Source of the DNA: Myxococcales bacterium
GTDB taxonomy: Bacteria > Desulfobacterota > Binatia > HRBIN30
Assembly (NCBI GenBank): GCA_037445065.1
Contig: JBBILD010000012.1
Span: 32,001-96,000, forward strand
Reading direction: 5' to 3'
Length of the DNA stretch: 64,000 nucleotides
Shown here: positions 39,884 to 49,869 of the stretch, one piece after another
Numbering within the stretch: the first letter of the stretch is position 1
How the letters are laid out: each line of letters starts with the position of its first letter
Translations under genes and position numbers: made by a program
Notes under the pieces: model-generated
Told to the model about the DNA's origin: nothing
Database searches by the model: none
The model's input: the letters and a program-made list of their open reading frames with translations, nothing else

Positions 39884-41115
39884 TGGCAGCCGCGCCTTCG
39901 TGGTTCGAAGGGATCAAGATTCTCGAGTTCGGCGGTGGTGCGGCTGGCCCGCTCGCCAGCCGCTACTTTGCCGACTTTGGCGCCACGGTGGTACGCGTAG
40001 AGAGCCGCCTGCGGCCCGACTTTATTCGCTTGCTGCGCTACAAGCCCGGCGATCCGCACGGTTTCGACGGCAGCCACATGTTCGCGATGGTAAATCCGAA
40101 CAAGCTGGGCATTGCCCTCAACATGAATCACCCGCGCGCACGGGAGGTGGCGCTGCGCCTGGTCGATTGGTGCGACGTGTTGGCGGAAAACTTCGCCCCA
40201 GGAATCCTGGCGCGCTGGGGCCTGGATTACCCGACACTGGCCGCGCGCAAGCCCGAGCTGATCATGATCAGTACCTGCCTCAATGGGCAGACCGGTCCGG
40301 ACCGCAACTACCCAGGTTTTGGCGGCCAAGGCTCGGCGCTCGCTGGGTTCAACCATCTCACCGGCTGGCCGGACCGCGAACCGCTCGGCCCCTACGGTAC
40401 GATTACCGACTCGCTCGCACCCCGCTTCGTCGCCCTCCTCGTGGCTTCTGCCCTTCTCTACCGGCAGCGCACTGGCAAGGGGCAGTACATTGACTTTTCC
40501 CAGGTCGAAGGCGGGATCGCCTGCTTGAGCGAGAACATCCTGACCTTCACCGCCACCGGCGAAGTGCTGACCCGCCGCGGAAATCAATCCCGCTACGCAG
40601 CCCCGCACGGGGTTTACCGGTGCGCGCCGCGCGGCGACGACGACGATCGCTGGCTTGCCTTGGCCGTGCACAACGAGGAAGATTGGCGCACGCTGCGCCG
40701 CATCATGGGTGAGCCGGGTTGGGCGCAGGACCGTCGCTTCGACACCGTGGCCGGCCGACTGCAACACGCCGCCGAGTTGGATTGCGCCATCGAAGGCTGG
40801 ACCCGCCAGCACGACAACGAGCGGCTGGCAGCGCAGCTTGCGGAGGCCGGTCTCGACGCAGCACCGGTGTGGAACTTTCCTGAACTGCTGGCAGATCCGC
40901 AACTGGCTCACCGGCGTCACTTCCGTTCCGTGCAGCATCCCGTGATCGGAGAACACCTGTGCGAGCGCCCCGCCTTTCACTCCGCGCGGATGGACGCCGA
41001 GATTCGCCGCCCCGCACCTTGTTTGGGGGAGCACACCGAGCTGGTTTGCCGCGAGCTACTAGGGATGAAGCCCGAAGAGTTCGAAGAGCTGCGCGCCGCT
41101 GGCGTGTTCGAGTGA
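39883..41115 (+). CDS. Family III CoA-transferase (CaiB/BaiF), subunit 2
   Basis: AAGP..ADFGATVVRVE, ENFAPG, GQTGP, TITD, APCLGEHT. Confidence 0.93.
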   Translation: MAAAPSWFEGIKILEFGGGAAGPLASRYFADFGATVVRVESRLRPDFIRLLRYKPGDPHGFDGSHMFAMVNPNKLGIALNMNHPRAREVALRLVDWCDVLAENFAPGILARWGLDYPTLAARKPELIMISTCLNGQTGPDRNYPGFGGQGSALAGFNHLTGWPDREPLGPYGTITDSLAPRFVALLVASALLYRQRTGKGQYIDFSQVEGGIACLSENILTFTATGEVLTRRGNQSRYAAPHGVYRCAPRGDDDDRWLALAVHNEEDWRTLRRIMGEPGWAQDRRFDTVAGRLQHAAELDCAIEGWTRQHDNERLAAQLAEAGLDAAPVWNFPELLADPQLAHRRHFRSVQHPVIGEHLCERPAFHSARMDAEIRRPAPCLGEHTELVCRELLGMKPEEFEELRAAGVFE

Positions 41116-41127
41116 ACGAGAGCGACA

Positions 41128-41784
41128 ATGCCGATGGAAGGAGCCACCTTACAGCCACAGGCGGCCGCGCTGTGCGTGGTCGAAATGCAAAACGACATGG
41201 TGCACGAATCGAACATTGGCCAGCGCGGCATCGGTGCCGCCTTAGCCGGGGCAGTCCAAGAGCGCGGCGTCATCCCGCGCTTGGCGGCGGTGATTCAGGC
41301 AGCGCGCTCGGTAAAGGTTCCGGTCTTTTACATCAACGTCGCGTTGCGGCCCGATTTACCCCGGCCGAACACCCTGCTGCACCGGCGGGCGCAGCGGCGG
41401 CCAACCTTGATCGCGGGTACGTGGGGGGCGTTAACGCACGAGGCACTGGCGCCTCAGGAAGGCGATTTCGTGCTCGAACGCACCGTCGGCATTGACGGCT
41501 CTTACGGCACGCAACTCTACCCCTTGCTGAGCCTTCTGCGCCGCTCGCAACTGGTGGTCGCCGGCGTGTCCACCAATCTCGCGGTCGAAGGGTTGGTGCG
41601 CGCCTCGGTAAACCGGAACTTCGAGGTGTTCGTCATCGAAGACTGCTGTGCCAGCTACCCACCCGAGTGGCACCGCTTCTCAGTGGAAAACATTTTGCCC
41701 CTCATTTCAACTGTGACCAACAGCGACGCCGTGTTGCAGTGCTTCGCAGCGGTAGCTGCCACTACGGTTCCCACTGACTCGTGA
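41128..41784 (+). CDS. Isochorismatase/cysteine hydrolase-fold protein with non-canonical active site
   Basis: VVEMQND, GTWGA, VAGVSTNLAVE, IEDCCAS. Confidence 0.85.
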   Translation: MPMEGATLQPQAAALCVVEMQNDMVHESNIGQRGIGAALAGAVQERGVIPRLAAVIQAARSVKVPVFYINVALRPDLPRPNTLLHRRAQRRPTLIAGTWGALTHEALAPQEGDFVLERTVGIDGSYGTQLYPLLSLLRRSQLVVAGVSTNLAVEGLVRASVNRNFEVFVIEDCCASYPPEWHRFSVENILPLISTVTNSDAVLQCFAAVAATTVPTDS

Positions 41785-41820
41785 CGCGAGGTGCAAGCAT
41801 CTGCTCTGGCTTTGCCGCCT

Positions 41821-42594
41821 TCAGTTGGCACGCGCGCGCAGGGTGAGGTGGTGGACGCTTGCCGGGTCACGCTGTGCCAGTTGAAAAACGACCGCCTGTG
41901 CCGCAGCGTCGGCTTGCAACATCCCGCTACTGCGGCGCAACAAACCCAAGGTTTCCCAGCGGGCCACCGCTTCCTTCATCACGGAAGGATCGAAGTTCGC
42001 GGCAAACCCAGTACCGCCAATGTTGTGCACCTCGAGCGTCATCACCCGGATCCCGTGCTCTGCAACCTCCGCGCGCAGCCCCTGCGAGAGGGCGTGCACC
42101 GCAGCTTTGGTGGCCGCGTACACAGAGAGATACGGCCAAGCTTCGTAAGCCGCTGCCGAGGTGACGTTCAAAATGTCCCCGCTGCCACGCGGCAGCATGT
42201 GGCGGAGGGCGGCGCGGCAAGCGAACAGGACACCGAGGAGATTGGTCTCCACCATCGCCCGCCATTCCTCGGTTCGACCGTCAGCCACTGTGCGCACGTA
42301 CCCCACGGCGGCGTTGTTCACCAGTGCATCCACGCGCCCGTAGCCCTCCACAGCGGTTGTCATCAGATGCTCGACACTTTGCTCGTCACGCAAGTCGAGG
42401 CGCACGGCGGTCGCCTCGCCCCCGCCGGCACGAATCTGTTCGCAAACTCCCCGTAACAGTTCCTCGCGCCGCGCACCGAGTACCACGCGCCCGCCCGCTT
42501 GCGCCACCGCCCGCGCGGCTGCAGCGCCAATGCCAGTGGAGGCACCGGTGATCACGACCACCTTGTCCCTGAGCGGCTGCATGAAGGCGCCCAT
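41821..42594 (-). CDS. SDR family oxidoreductase
   Basis: TGASTGIG, NNAA, YAATK. Confidence 0.92.
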   Translation of the reverse strand: MGAFMQPLRDKVVVITGASTGIGAAAARAVAQAGGRVVLGARREELLRGVCEQIRAGGGEATAVRLDLRDEQSVEHLMTTAVEGYGRVDALVNNAAVGYVRTVADGRTEEWRAMVETNLLGVLFACRAALRHMLPRGSGDILNVTSAAAYEAWPYLSVYAATKAAVHALSQGLRAEVAEHGIRVMTLEVHNIGGTGFAANFDPSVMKEAVARWETLGLLRRSSGMLQADAAAQAVVFQLAQRDPASVHHLTLRARAN

Positions 42595-42711
42595 ACTGGC
42601 TCGAAGGGCAGCGGGTCAAGCGCTTTGCCCCCACCGCGCCCTCCCGCATCCGGGCCACTCCAGGTCTTTGCCTTCCCGTGTCCGCGCACCTTCGGTATGG
42701 TGTGCCGCCCA

Positions 42712-43869
42712 ATGGAGTTGCGAATCGCGGTAGCGGCAGTGCTCGTTATGGCGAGCAGCCTCTTTGCAGGCCCCGCGCGCGGTTGCGCGGGCGATTGCAA
42801 TGGCGACGGAGAGGTAACCGTTGACGAAATCGTTCGTGCGGTGGCCATTGCACTGGGCAGCGTTCCGGTCGAATCGTGCCTGGCTGCTGACGGCAATGGC
42901 GATGTGGAAATTACCGTGGATGAGATTGTTGCGGGCGTAAACGCGGCGCTGCGCGGGTGTGCTACCTCCTCTCCCACGCCGGGCCGCTCGCCCACTGCGA
43001 GCGCCACACCGTCCGCCTCGCCCACACCGCGCCCGAACCGGGCTCCTCGACTCGAACTCCCGTATTGGTACCGCGCCTACGCTGGCTTCGAGATCGCCTA
43101 TGCGGTGCGTGTCGTGGACCCGGACGGCGACCAGGTGCATTGCACGATCTCCGACCTCCCGCACGCCGCGCAGTGGAGCGACGAGGAGAAACTGTTCCGC
43201 TGGCTACCCCGGGAAGCCGATGTGGGCACATACACGCTGCCCGTCCGCTGTGAAGACAGCGGAAGCCCACCGCTTGCCACCGAGGCGGTACTGGGCCTCA
43301 CCGTGGATGCGGTGGACTCGTGCAGCGAGCCCGCTTGCGACGCCGCGGTTGGTTGCTCGCGCCTACTCGCTTCGGTAGCGGCTCCTTGCTGCGGCGCCGC
43401 GCAACCACCGCGGTCTCTGCCCCCGCCGTTGCCCTGCCCAGCTGGGCGAGAACTGTGGGTCAGCGAAGACATTGATGCCGGCTTCCGTGTGCTCCAGGAC
43501 TGCGACCTCAAGTACTTGCAGAACAACCTCCAGCAAAGCGCGCAACTCCGTCTCAAGTTGGGCGGCCGTTGCTTTAGCCTCGACGACCGCATCCGCGTGC
43601 GCGTGCGCCTGGAGACCGCCACTCGTGGCCTCAACGGCACCGAGCCCGCAGTGAACGATGAGTACCTGGTTCGTTTCTCATCAGCCGAGGATGAGCGAGT
43701 CTTCTCGGGGCCGATTGCGTTCAGCATTCGAGGGGCCCGGCCCTATTTCGACTTGCAAGATGCGGAGGCCAACCTCACCGTGCAGGTTCGCGATGCGCTC
43801 AACAACACCGCTGCCGAATCACTGCGCTTGCGCCTCACGTTTACGCCGATCCCGACCCCGGGCCCGTGA
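42712..43869 (+). CDS. Secreted protein with N-terminal dockerin-like module and Ig/cadherin-like domain
   Basis: Signal peptide; CAGDCNGDGEVTVDEI..ADGNGDVEITVDEI; NRAP..DPDGD..FRWLP..DSGSPP. Confidence 0.82.
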   Translation: MELRIAVAAVLVMASSLFAGPARGCAGDCNGDGEVTVDEIVRAVAIALGSVPVESCLAADGNGDVEITVDEIVAGVNAALRGCATSSPTPGRSPTASATPSASPTPRPNRAPRLELPYWYRAYAGFEIAYAVRVVDPDGDQVHCTISDLPHAAQWSDEEKLFRWLPREADVGTYTLPVRCEDSGSPPLATEAVLGLTVDAVDSCSEPACDAAVGCSRLLASVAAPCCGAAQPPRSLPPPLPCPAGRELWVSEDIDAGFRVLQDCDLKYLQNNLQQSAQLRLKLGGRCFSLDDRIRVRVRLETATRGLNGTEPAVNDEYLVRFSSAEDERVFSGPIAFSIRGARPYFDLQDAEANLTVQVRDALNNTAAESLRLRLTFTPIPTPGP

Positions 43870-43878
43870 CTGCAGCCC

Positions 43879-45732
43879 TTATTGGTCGTCGGCACTGGGA
43901 AGCTCGCCCCCGAGGCAGCGTGCGACCTCCATGACCCTACCGTCGCGCACCGCCTGGTACTTCTCCCAAAAAAGCGTGTCAATTTTCTTGAGGGCCGCTT
44001 TGGTATTCGCCCGCCGGTAGCGGGCCAGGTGGCCGGGGCCGCCGTTGTACACGGCGTAGGTGGCGCGTGCCAAGTTATCGAGTCCGCCCGGTTGTTTGTG
44101 CTCGCCGCGTGCCAGGGCAAAGTCGAGCAAGTAGTGGCGCGCGATTTCCGCGCCAGCACGGCCGTTGTAACGGATGTCCCAGCGGATCCCGCGCAGATCG
44201 TACACACCCCGCCACACGCGTTCGTTTACTTGCATGAGTCCGGACGAACCCACCGCGGAGCGGATGTACGTGATCTGTCCGCCGCTTTGCACGAATTGGC
44301 GCCAGCAGCTCTCCTGCCAGGCGGTGGCAAAGACGATGTTGCGGTAAACCACTTGGATCTCCTCCTCCATCCCGCCCAAGCGCAACGCCTCGCTCGCTAC
44401 CTCGTCGAGCAAGGCGCGCACTCGTGGCAAGTACGTCGAAAGGTTGTCTCGGGTCGCGAGCCACTGTGCCAACACCTGCTGAGAGGGCGCATCGGCGGCC
44501 CAAGCCGCGGGCAAAAGCCAGTTCCACCAACTGAGCGGCATCCCACTCAAGTCGGGCGGCGGCAGCGGCGGGCCGAAACCGAGCAGCGTGCGTAGCTCGG
44601 GGTCCACCGCAGTGTCGAAGCGAAGCGGATCGGAAGCGTCGGCCGGGGCAAGCATTCTTGCCAAGCGACGCAGTCCGTCGGCGCTGAGGTCGAGGCCGAC
44701 ACTCGGTCCGATCTCCTGCAACGCAGCCAAGGCATCCCCAGCTTGAATGAAACTCAAGTAGCGCAGCGCCTCTGCCCCGGGCTCCCGCGCGGCAACCTGG
44801 CGCAGGAGGGGAGCCAAGCGCTGCCAGGTTTTCACGAACAGCGCCGGAACTGGATCGGGGGCCCCCGGCTCGCTCGGTGCCAATGCTTCGACAATTTCGT
44901 AGCGGCCCTCCAGCAAAACCTCGGCAAGAGGCTGACGCAACTCGTGGATCAAGGAATCGGCCCAAACGAATTTGATCGTGTACGTGAGAAAGGCATCCCA
45001 GCGATCGACTGCCTCTTGCCAGCGAGCCAGCTCCTCTGGGGTGAGAGTCGGCTCCGCCACCGGAGTCGGGCGATCGAGCAGGGGTACGGTGACGGCAAGG
45101 GCGGCATCCACCCCTTGGGCTGTCACACTGGCGCGCGCAAACCGCAAACTGCTCAGCATCCGCTCGATCGCACTGCGCTCGTGCGCGGGCAAGAAAAGGG
45201 GCAAGACCTGCCGCAGCTCCTCTGCCGACTTCCGCAAATCAATTTCCACGGTCTCGAACTTCGGTTCCACTTGCTCGCGAATGACGTTCCACACACGCCC
45301 CGCGATCCAGGCGCGGCTTCCGTCTTCGTCGTACAACCCAGACTCCACCACTTCGAAACGCACCGCTTTGCCATCGGTGCGCAGCACCGGTTCTTCCAAC
45401 AGCTCCAGCCATCCGTCCCACTGCACCGGCGCCAAGCAGTTGCGACCTACCAAGGTACCCACCCGTATCTCTGCACGCGTGCGCAAGCGCAGCCGGGAGG
45501 CGCGCGAATCCACGTGCGGCTCCCGCAATTTGACGAAGTTGCACCCACTGCCATCGTCCCACACCACCGCCTTGCCGGTGGCTGTCGTGTACAATTGTGC
45601 CAGCAGCGCCTCGCGCACGAAGGCGTGATCCAAGTGCAGGGGCACCTCGATCGTGCGCTCCGCTGCAGCGTACGCTTGCCCGATCGCCAGGAACACCACC
45701 AAGGCAGGGACGAGCCTGCCGAGCCGGCTCAT
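43879..45732 (-). CDS. Secreted protein with C-terminal lytic transglycosylase (SLT) domain
   Basis: Signal peptide; ATAWQESCW, GLMQVN, YAVYNGGPG. Confidence 0.85.
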   Translation of the reverse strand: MSRLGRLVPALVVFLAIGQAYAAAERTIEVPLHLDHAFVREALLAQLYTTATGKAVVWDDGSGCNFVKLREPHVDSRASRLRLRTRAEIRVGTLVGRNCLAPVQWDGWLELLEEPVLRTDGKAVRFEVVESGLYDEDGSRAWIAGRVWNVIREQVEPKFETVEIDLRKSAEELRQVLPLFLPAHERSAIERMLSSLRFARASVTAQGVDAALAVTVPLLDRPTPVAEPTLTPEELARWQEAVDRWDAFLTYTIKFVWADSLIHELRQPLAEVLLEGRYEIVEALAPSEPGAPDPVPALFVKTWQRLAPLLRQVAAREPGAEALRYLSFIQAGDALAALQEIGPSVGLDLSADGLRRLARMLAPADASDPLRFDTAVDPELRTLLGFGPPLPPPDLSGMPLSWWNWLLPAAWAADAPSQQVLAQWLATRDNLSTYLPRVRALLDEVASEALRLGGMEEEIQVVYRNIVFATAWQESCWRQFVQSGGQITYIRSAVGSSGLMQVNERVWRGVYDLRGIRWDIRYNGRAGAEIARHYLLDFALARGEHKQPGGLDNLARATYAVYNGGPGHLARYRRANTKAALKKIDTLFWEKYQAVRDGRVMEVARCLGGELPSADDQ

Positions 45733-45838
45733 ATGTGGGCGCCAAGGTAACCAAGCCGCGCCTGTGGCGATAGGCTTGCACCGCGTGTGGCAAATTGAGA
45801 GAGTACGGGTCCGACTTCGATCCATAGAGGAGAGTTCC

Positions 45839-47026
45839 ATGCGTGAAGCAGCAATCGTAGCAGTGGCTCGCACCGGCTTGGCCAAGTCGTTTCGTGGCTC
45901 GTTCAACAAGACCCGGCCCGACGACATGGCTGCGCATTGCGTGCGCGAGGCACTCAAGAAGGTGCCGCAAATTGACGCGAAAGAGATTGACGATGTGGTG
46001 ATGGGCACCGGTTTCCCCGAGGGACCGCAAGGGTTCAATGTGGGGCGCAATGTGGCGGTCATGGCGGGTCTGCCGGTGGACGTGCCGGGCTGCACGGTGA
46101 GCCGCTTTTGTTCCTCTGGGCTAAACGCAGTGATGGTGGCGGCCCACATGATCCAGATCGAGGGGGCCGACGTAGTGGTGGCTGGCGGGCTCGAATCAAT
46201 CACCATGCTGCAAAACGACTTCAACAAGAAAGACCTTTTCAATCCCTGGCTGCTGGATCACAAGCGAGAGATTTACATGCCCATGGGGCTCACCGCCGAG
46301 GTGGTGGCGGAGCGCTACAAGGTTAGCCGCGAAGCGCAGGACCTGTATGCGTTGACTTCGCAGCAACGCACGGCGGCGGCGCAAGCAGCGGGGAAGTTCA
46401 AAGACGAAATCGTGCCGATGACCGTGCAAATGGAAGTGGTGGACAAAGCCACCGGCGAGCGATCCATGAAGACGGTGACGGTCGACCGCGACGAGTGCAA
46501 CCGGCCTGACACCACCCTAGAGGGTCTGGCGAAGTTGCCGCCGGCCTTCAAAGAGGGCGGTACGGTCACGGCTGGCAACGCCTCGCAATTCGCCGATGGG
46601 GCAGCGGTGGTGGTGATGACATCGCTCGAGCGGGCGAAGGCGCTCGGGATCGAGCCGCTCGGCTTCTTCCGCGGCTGTGTGTACGCTGGCTGCGAGCCGG
46701 ACGAGATGGGCATCGGGCCAGTGTTTGCCGTGCCGAAGCTCCTCAAGCGTCACGGCAAGAAGCTCGACGACATTGACATCATCGAGTTGAACGAGGCGTT
46801 CGCCTCGCAAGTCGTGTACTGCCGCGATCGCTTGGGGATCGATCCGAACAAGCTGAACCCAAATGGCGGGGCGATTTCCATCGGCCACCCGTACGGCATG
46901 ACGGGGGCGCGCCTGGCCGGGCATATCTTGCTCGAGCTGCGTCGCCAGAAGAAGCGCTGGGGCATCGTGACCATGTGCATCGGTGGCGGCATGGGCGCAG
47001 CCGGCCTGTTCGAAGCGAACGTCTAA
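45839..47026 (+). CDS. Acetyl-CoA C-acyltransferase (thiolase)
   Basis: RFCSSG, NEAFA, GHPYGMTG, MCIGGGMG; ATG follows GAGGAG. Confidence 0.96.
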   Translation: MREAAIVAVARTGLAKSFRGSFNKTRPDDMAAHCVREALKKVPQIDAKEIDDVVMGTGFPEGPQGFNVGRNVAVMAGLPVDVPGCTVSRFCSSGLNAVMVAAHMIQIEGADVVVAGGLESITMLQNDFNKKDLFNPWLLDHKREIYMPMGLTAEVVAERYKVSREAQDLYALTSQQRTAAAQAAGKFKDEIVPMTVQMEVVDKATGERSMKTVTVDRDECNRPDTTLEGLAKLPPAFKEGGTVTAGNASQFADGAAVVVMTSLERAKALGIEPLGFFRGCVYAGCEPDEMGIGPVFAVPKLLKRHGKKLDDIDIIELNEAFASQVVYCRDRLGIDPNKLNPNGGAISIGHPYGMTGARLAGHILLELRRQKKRWGIVTMCIGGGMGAAGLFEANV

Positions 47027-47042
47027 GCTCGCGCTCGAGGAA

Positions 47043-47071
47043 CGGGGGGCCGCTATACGGCGGTTCCCCCG
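47043..47071. terminator. GC-rich hairpin between convergent genes (possible terminator)
   Basis: CGGGGGGCCGC-TATACG-GCGGTTCCCCCG, imperfect, no U-tract. Confidence 0.35.
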
Positions 47072-47077
47072 GTGCTC

Positions 47078-47590
47078 TCAACTTGCCGCCTCGTCTACCA
47101 GACGGTGGTAGCGGCCGCGGTAATACAGCAGCGGCCGGCTCGCTGTCGCAGCGCCACCGTCGTCTGCCGCGCACGCCGCATCCACGACCTCACCGATAAA
47201 AATGGTGTGGTCCCCCGCCTCGACGATGTTCTGCAGGCGGCACTCGACGTAAGCCAGGGTGCCCGCCAGCAACGGCGCACCGGTGACACCCTTGCGATAC
47301 GCAACGCCGGCGAACTTGTCTCCTCCGGAGACCGCAAAGCGCCGCGACTGTTCTTCTTGCCCCTCAGCAAGGAAATTCACCGCGAACACCTTAGAAGTGG
47401 CGACGTGTGGGTGTGTCTCGGACTTGCGGTCTACGCACACCAGCACCAGCCGCGGTTCCAGCGACACCGACGTAAAAGCCGTCGCCGTGAGGCCGTAAGG
47501 CCTTCCCTCCGAGTCGGTCGTAGTGACCACCGTTACCCCGGCCGCAAAGTGACCGAGAACGCGCCGAAACGTCTCGCTGCTTACGGGCAC
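47078..47590 (-). CDS. Flavin reductase family protein
   Basis: FRRVLGHFAAGVTVVT, FTSVSLEP, AGDHTIFIGEV, PLLYYRG; GTG follows GGAGG. Confidence 0.93.
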   Translation of the reverse strand: MPVSSETFRRVLGHFAAGVTVVTTTDSEGRPYGLTATAFTSVSLEPRLVLVCVDRKSETHPHVATSKVFAVNFLAEGQEEQSRRFAVSGGDKFAGVAYRKGVTGAPLLAGTLAYVECRLQNIVEAGDHTIFIGEVVDAACAADDGGAATASRPLLYYRGRYHRLVDEAAS

Positions 47591-47612
47591 GACCTCCCTC
47601 CACTCACTGCTT

Positions 47613-48008
47613 TCACCCATGGAACGCCAGCAGGCCGAGTAGAACGGCAGCGAAATACGTCGCCACGACCGCGGCACCCGCGTAGTCTTTGGCCAGGCGC
47701 TGGCCGAAGAGCAGGCACAAGAGAGCCACGCCGCTGAGCACCAGTCCCCACCCAGCCAGGCGTAACCCGGGGGAACGAAAATCGAAGGTGATGATTCCCA
47801 AAGCGCACATGCTGCCCGCAAGCAGCTCGATCACAGTCAGGGCAGTCAGCAGCCCGGGAACGAAGGGCGCGAGCGGAGAATTCCGGAAGTGCTCTTCCAG
47901 GTACGCCCGGTTCCCGTCGCGATCCACCACTTTGTCCAGCCCTGACTGTAAAAAGGTGATGGCAAAAAACGCCGTCGCCAAAAACCGAATCACCAAGGCC
48001 GCGTCCAT
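47613..48008 (-). CDS. DoxX-family membrane protein
   Basis: FLQSGLDK, IEL..G, FGQRLAKDYAGA; four TM segments. Confidence 0.8.
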   Translation of the reverse strand: MDAALVIRFLATAFFAITFLQSGLDKVVDRDGNRAYLEEHFRNSPLAPFVPGLLTALTVIELLAGSMCALGIITFDFRSPGLRLAGWGLVLSGVALLCLLFGQRLAKDYAGAAVVATYFAAVLLGLLAFHG

Positions 48009-48106
48009 CGTTCCTCCCTGTGGCGCGCAGGCTTACGGCACTTTGCCCGGTGGCGCAAGGGGCGCTCCGCGGGACGGCTTCGTGCACCTACACCTTGCAA
48101 AAGGTG

Positions 48107-49693
48107 TTACGGGACCTCGACCGTCAGCGTTTCTGAAGAATCGTTCCAAAAGACGAGCTGGTAGGTGCGGGCATGCCCTGACGGCACCCGCCAGGTCGCA
48201 GCGAGTTCTCCGTCGCCGGGCCAGTCGTCAGCCCCTTGCCCTTGGTCATCGAGTGTGAATGTGCCCGCGTCTTGCACGCTCGGGCGCACCTGCCAGACCT
48301 GAACGCGGAGAGGTCCGTTGCTCGCCGCGCAGGTGACATCCAGAGCGCGCACCGGCAGGACCGTTCCCGGCTCAGCGGTAACGACATCTACGCTCGGCTC
48401 GAGGCGACGCCGCACGCGCTGCCCGCTGCAGGTCAACGAACCATTGCCAGTCGCGCCTGCGGCGAGCACGGCCCGCCCGGTGATGGTAGCCGGCGCGAGG
48501 GATGGACGCGGCAGTCCTCCTGCCAGCAGTAAGTTGCGCAGTGCGATCCACCCGCGGCTTGCATCTTGTGCGGCCAACATGGCGAGCACGGCGGTGGCGT
48601 GGGGCGCGGCAAACGAGGTCCCGCCGGGCATAACGGTTTTCCCCCCGCCAGTCGTGAGCACCGGAATGCGTTGGCCCGGGGCAGCAATGTGGACACTCCG
48701 CTTGCCCTTCCGACCCATCACGTTTCCGTACGGATCCATGCCGGTGACCGCGATCACGTTGGAGCGCGGCAGAGAAGCGGGATACCACGGGCAACCTTGT
48801 GGCGCATCATTGTCCTGGTTGGCGTTGCCCGCCGCCACGACCAGCAACATCCCGCGTTCGCGCAAGCGCTGTACCTCGAAATCCAACTCGCAACTGCAGC
48901 AGGGCCCTCCAAAGGACAGATTCGCCGCCACCACTCGGATGCCCTGCTGCTGAAGCTCGCCGAGCCAGGCCAGGCAAGCGAGGAGGGCGGCATGGCTCGC
49001 AAAGGCAGAGCCCGCCATCTTGCAGGGGACGATGGTGGCGCCCGCCATGGCGCCGTCAATTCCGTAGGGCACAGTGTCGTCGTTGCCGATCAGGGCCGCC
49101 ACAATGCTGCCCACAGCGGTGCCATGGCTCGAGTCGGAACTCGTATCCGCATTCGGCGGAAAAGCGGTGAAGTTGACGCGTTCCGCAGCGACGCGCCCGG
49201 CAAGATCCGGGTGGCCATCGGCAAGACCCGTATCCACCACCGCCACCGCGACCGTGCGCGCATCCAGAGGCACGAGAGGCCAGCCCAACGCTTGCCATCC
49301 TGCCGGAGCGGCGATCGCCTCCAGGTTCCACGCCAAGGGCGCCTCGCCCGGAGCTTGCTGGGAGCTGTACGCGCACAGCGGCTCGAGTGCAGCGACTCCC
49401 GGCAAAGCGCGCACGGCATCTTGTTCGACCTGCCCAGCAAGCGTAAGCGTGTAGCGGTACGTGCTCCCTGAGCCCACGCGCTGGAGGTTGGACGCATGCT
49501 GCTCTACTTGCGCGAGCAGCGAAGCCGTCGGTGTGCCCGAAAGGCGCAGGATGAAGTCGCCAGGACCCTTTGCCACCGGGCGGCAGCGGAGCGGACACCG
49601 GCACGCATCGCCGGCGCTCGCAGCCCAGCACGGAGCCGCGCTCGCTGCAGCCAGCAGAGCGCCGGCCAGCCAGTGCAGCGAGTGCTTGTGCAA
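48107..49693 (-). CDS. S8 subtilisin-like serine peptidase, secreted
   Basis: VAVVDTG, SHGTAV, AAGN, GTSFAAP. Start uncertain: the ORF is open to 49831, and the TTG at 49693 precedes a signal-like stretch. Confidence 0.9.
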   Translation of the reverse strand: MHKHSLHWLAGALLAAASAAPCWAASAGDACRCPLRCRPVAKGPGDFILRLSGTPTASLLAQVEQHASNLQRVGSGSTYRYTLTLAGQVEQDAVRALPGVAALEPLCAYSSQQAPGEAPLAWNLEAIAAPAGWQALGWPLVPLDARTVAVAVVDTGLADGHPDLAGRVAAERVNFTAFPPNADTSSDSSHGTAVGSIVAALIGNDDTVPYGIDGAMAGATIVPCKMAGSAFASHAALLACLAWLGELQQQGIRVVAANLSFGGPCCSCELDFEVQRLRERGMLLVVAAGNANQDNDAPQGCPWYPASLPRSNVIAVTGMDPYGNVMGRKGKRSVHIAAPGQRIPVLTTGGGKTVMPGGTSFAAPHATAVLAMLAAQDASRGWIALRNLLLAGGLPRPSLAPATITGRAVLAAGATGNGSLTCSGQRVRRRLEPSVDVVTAEPGTVLPVRALDVTCAASNGPLRVQVWQVRPSVQDAGTFTLDDQGQGADDWPGDGELAATWRVPSGHARTYQLVFWNDSSETLTVEVP

Positions 49694-49869
49694 CCAATCT
49701 ACCCGGCCGCGCAACCGTACGGGTCTAGGCCCGTACCGCGTCGCGGGCCCCTGCGCACCTGTTGGGCCCAGCAAGCGAAAATAAAGTCGTGTGGCGAGTT
49801 GCCCGTTCATTTCTTCGCATGGTACCTGCACCGGTAACAGCGCACCAAGTGCGGAAAGGAGAAAATCCC

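Noticed and set aside
39397..41034. 545-aa minus-strand ORF
   Set aside because: Antisense shadow of the CoA-transferase genes.
45733..46242. Long N-terminal extensions in the ORF track (SLT protein; likewise glmU, the M3 peptidase, the lipid kinase and ACADs)
   Set aside because: They overlap neighbouring genes; better starts with an RBS or family N-termini lie downstream.
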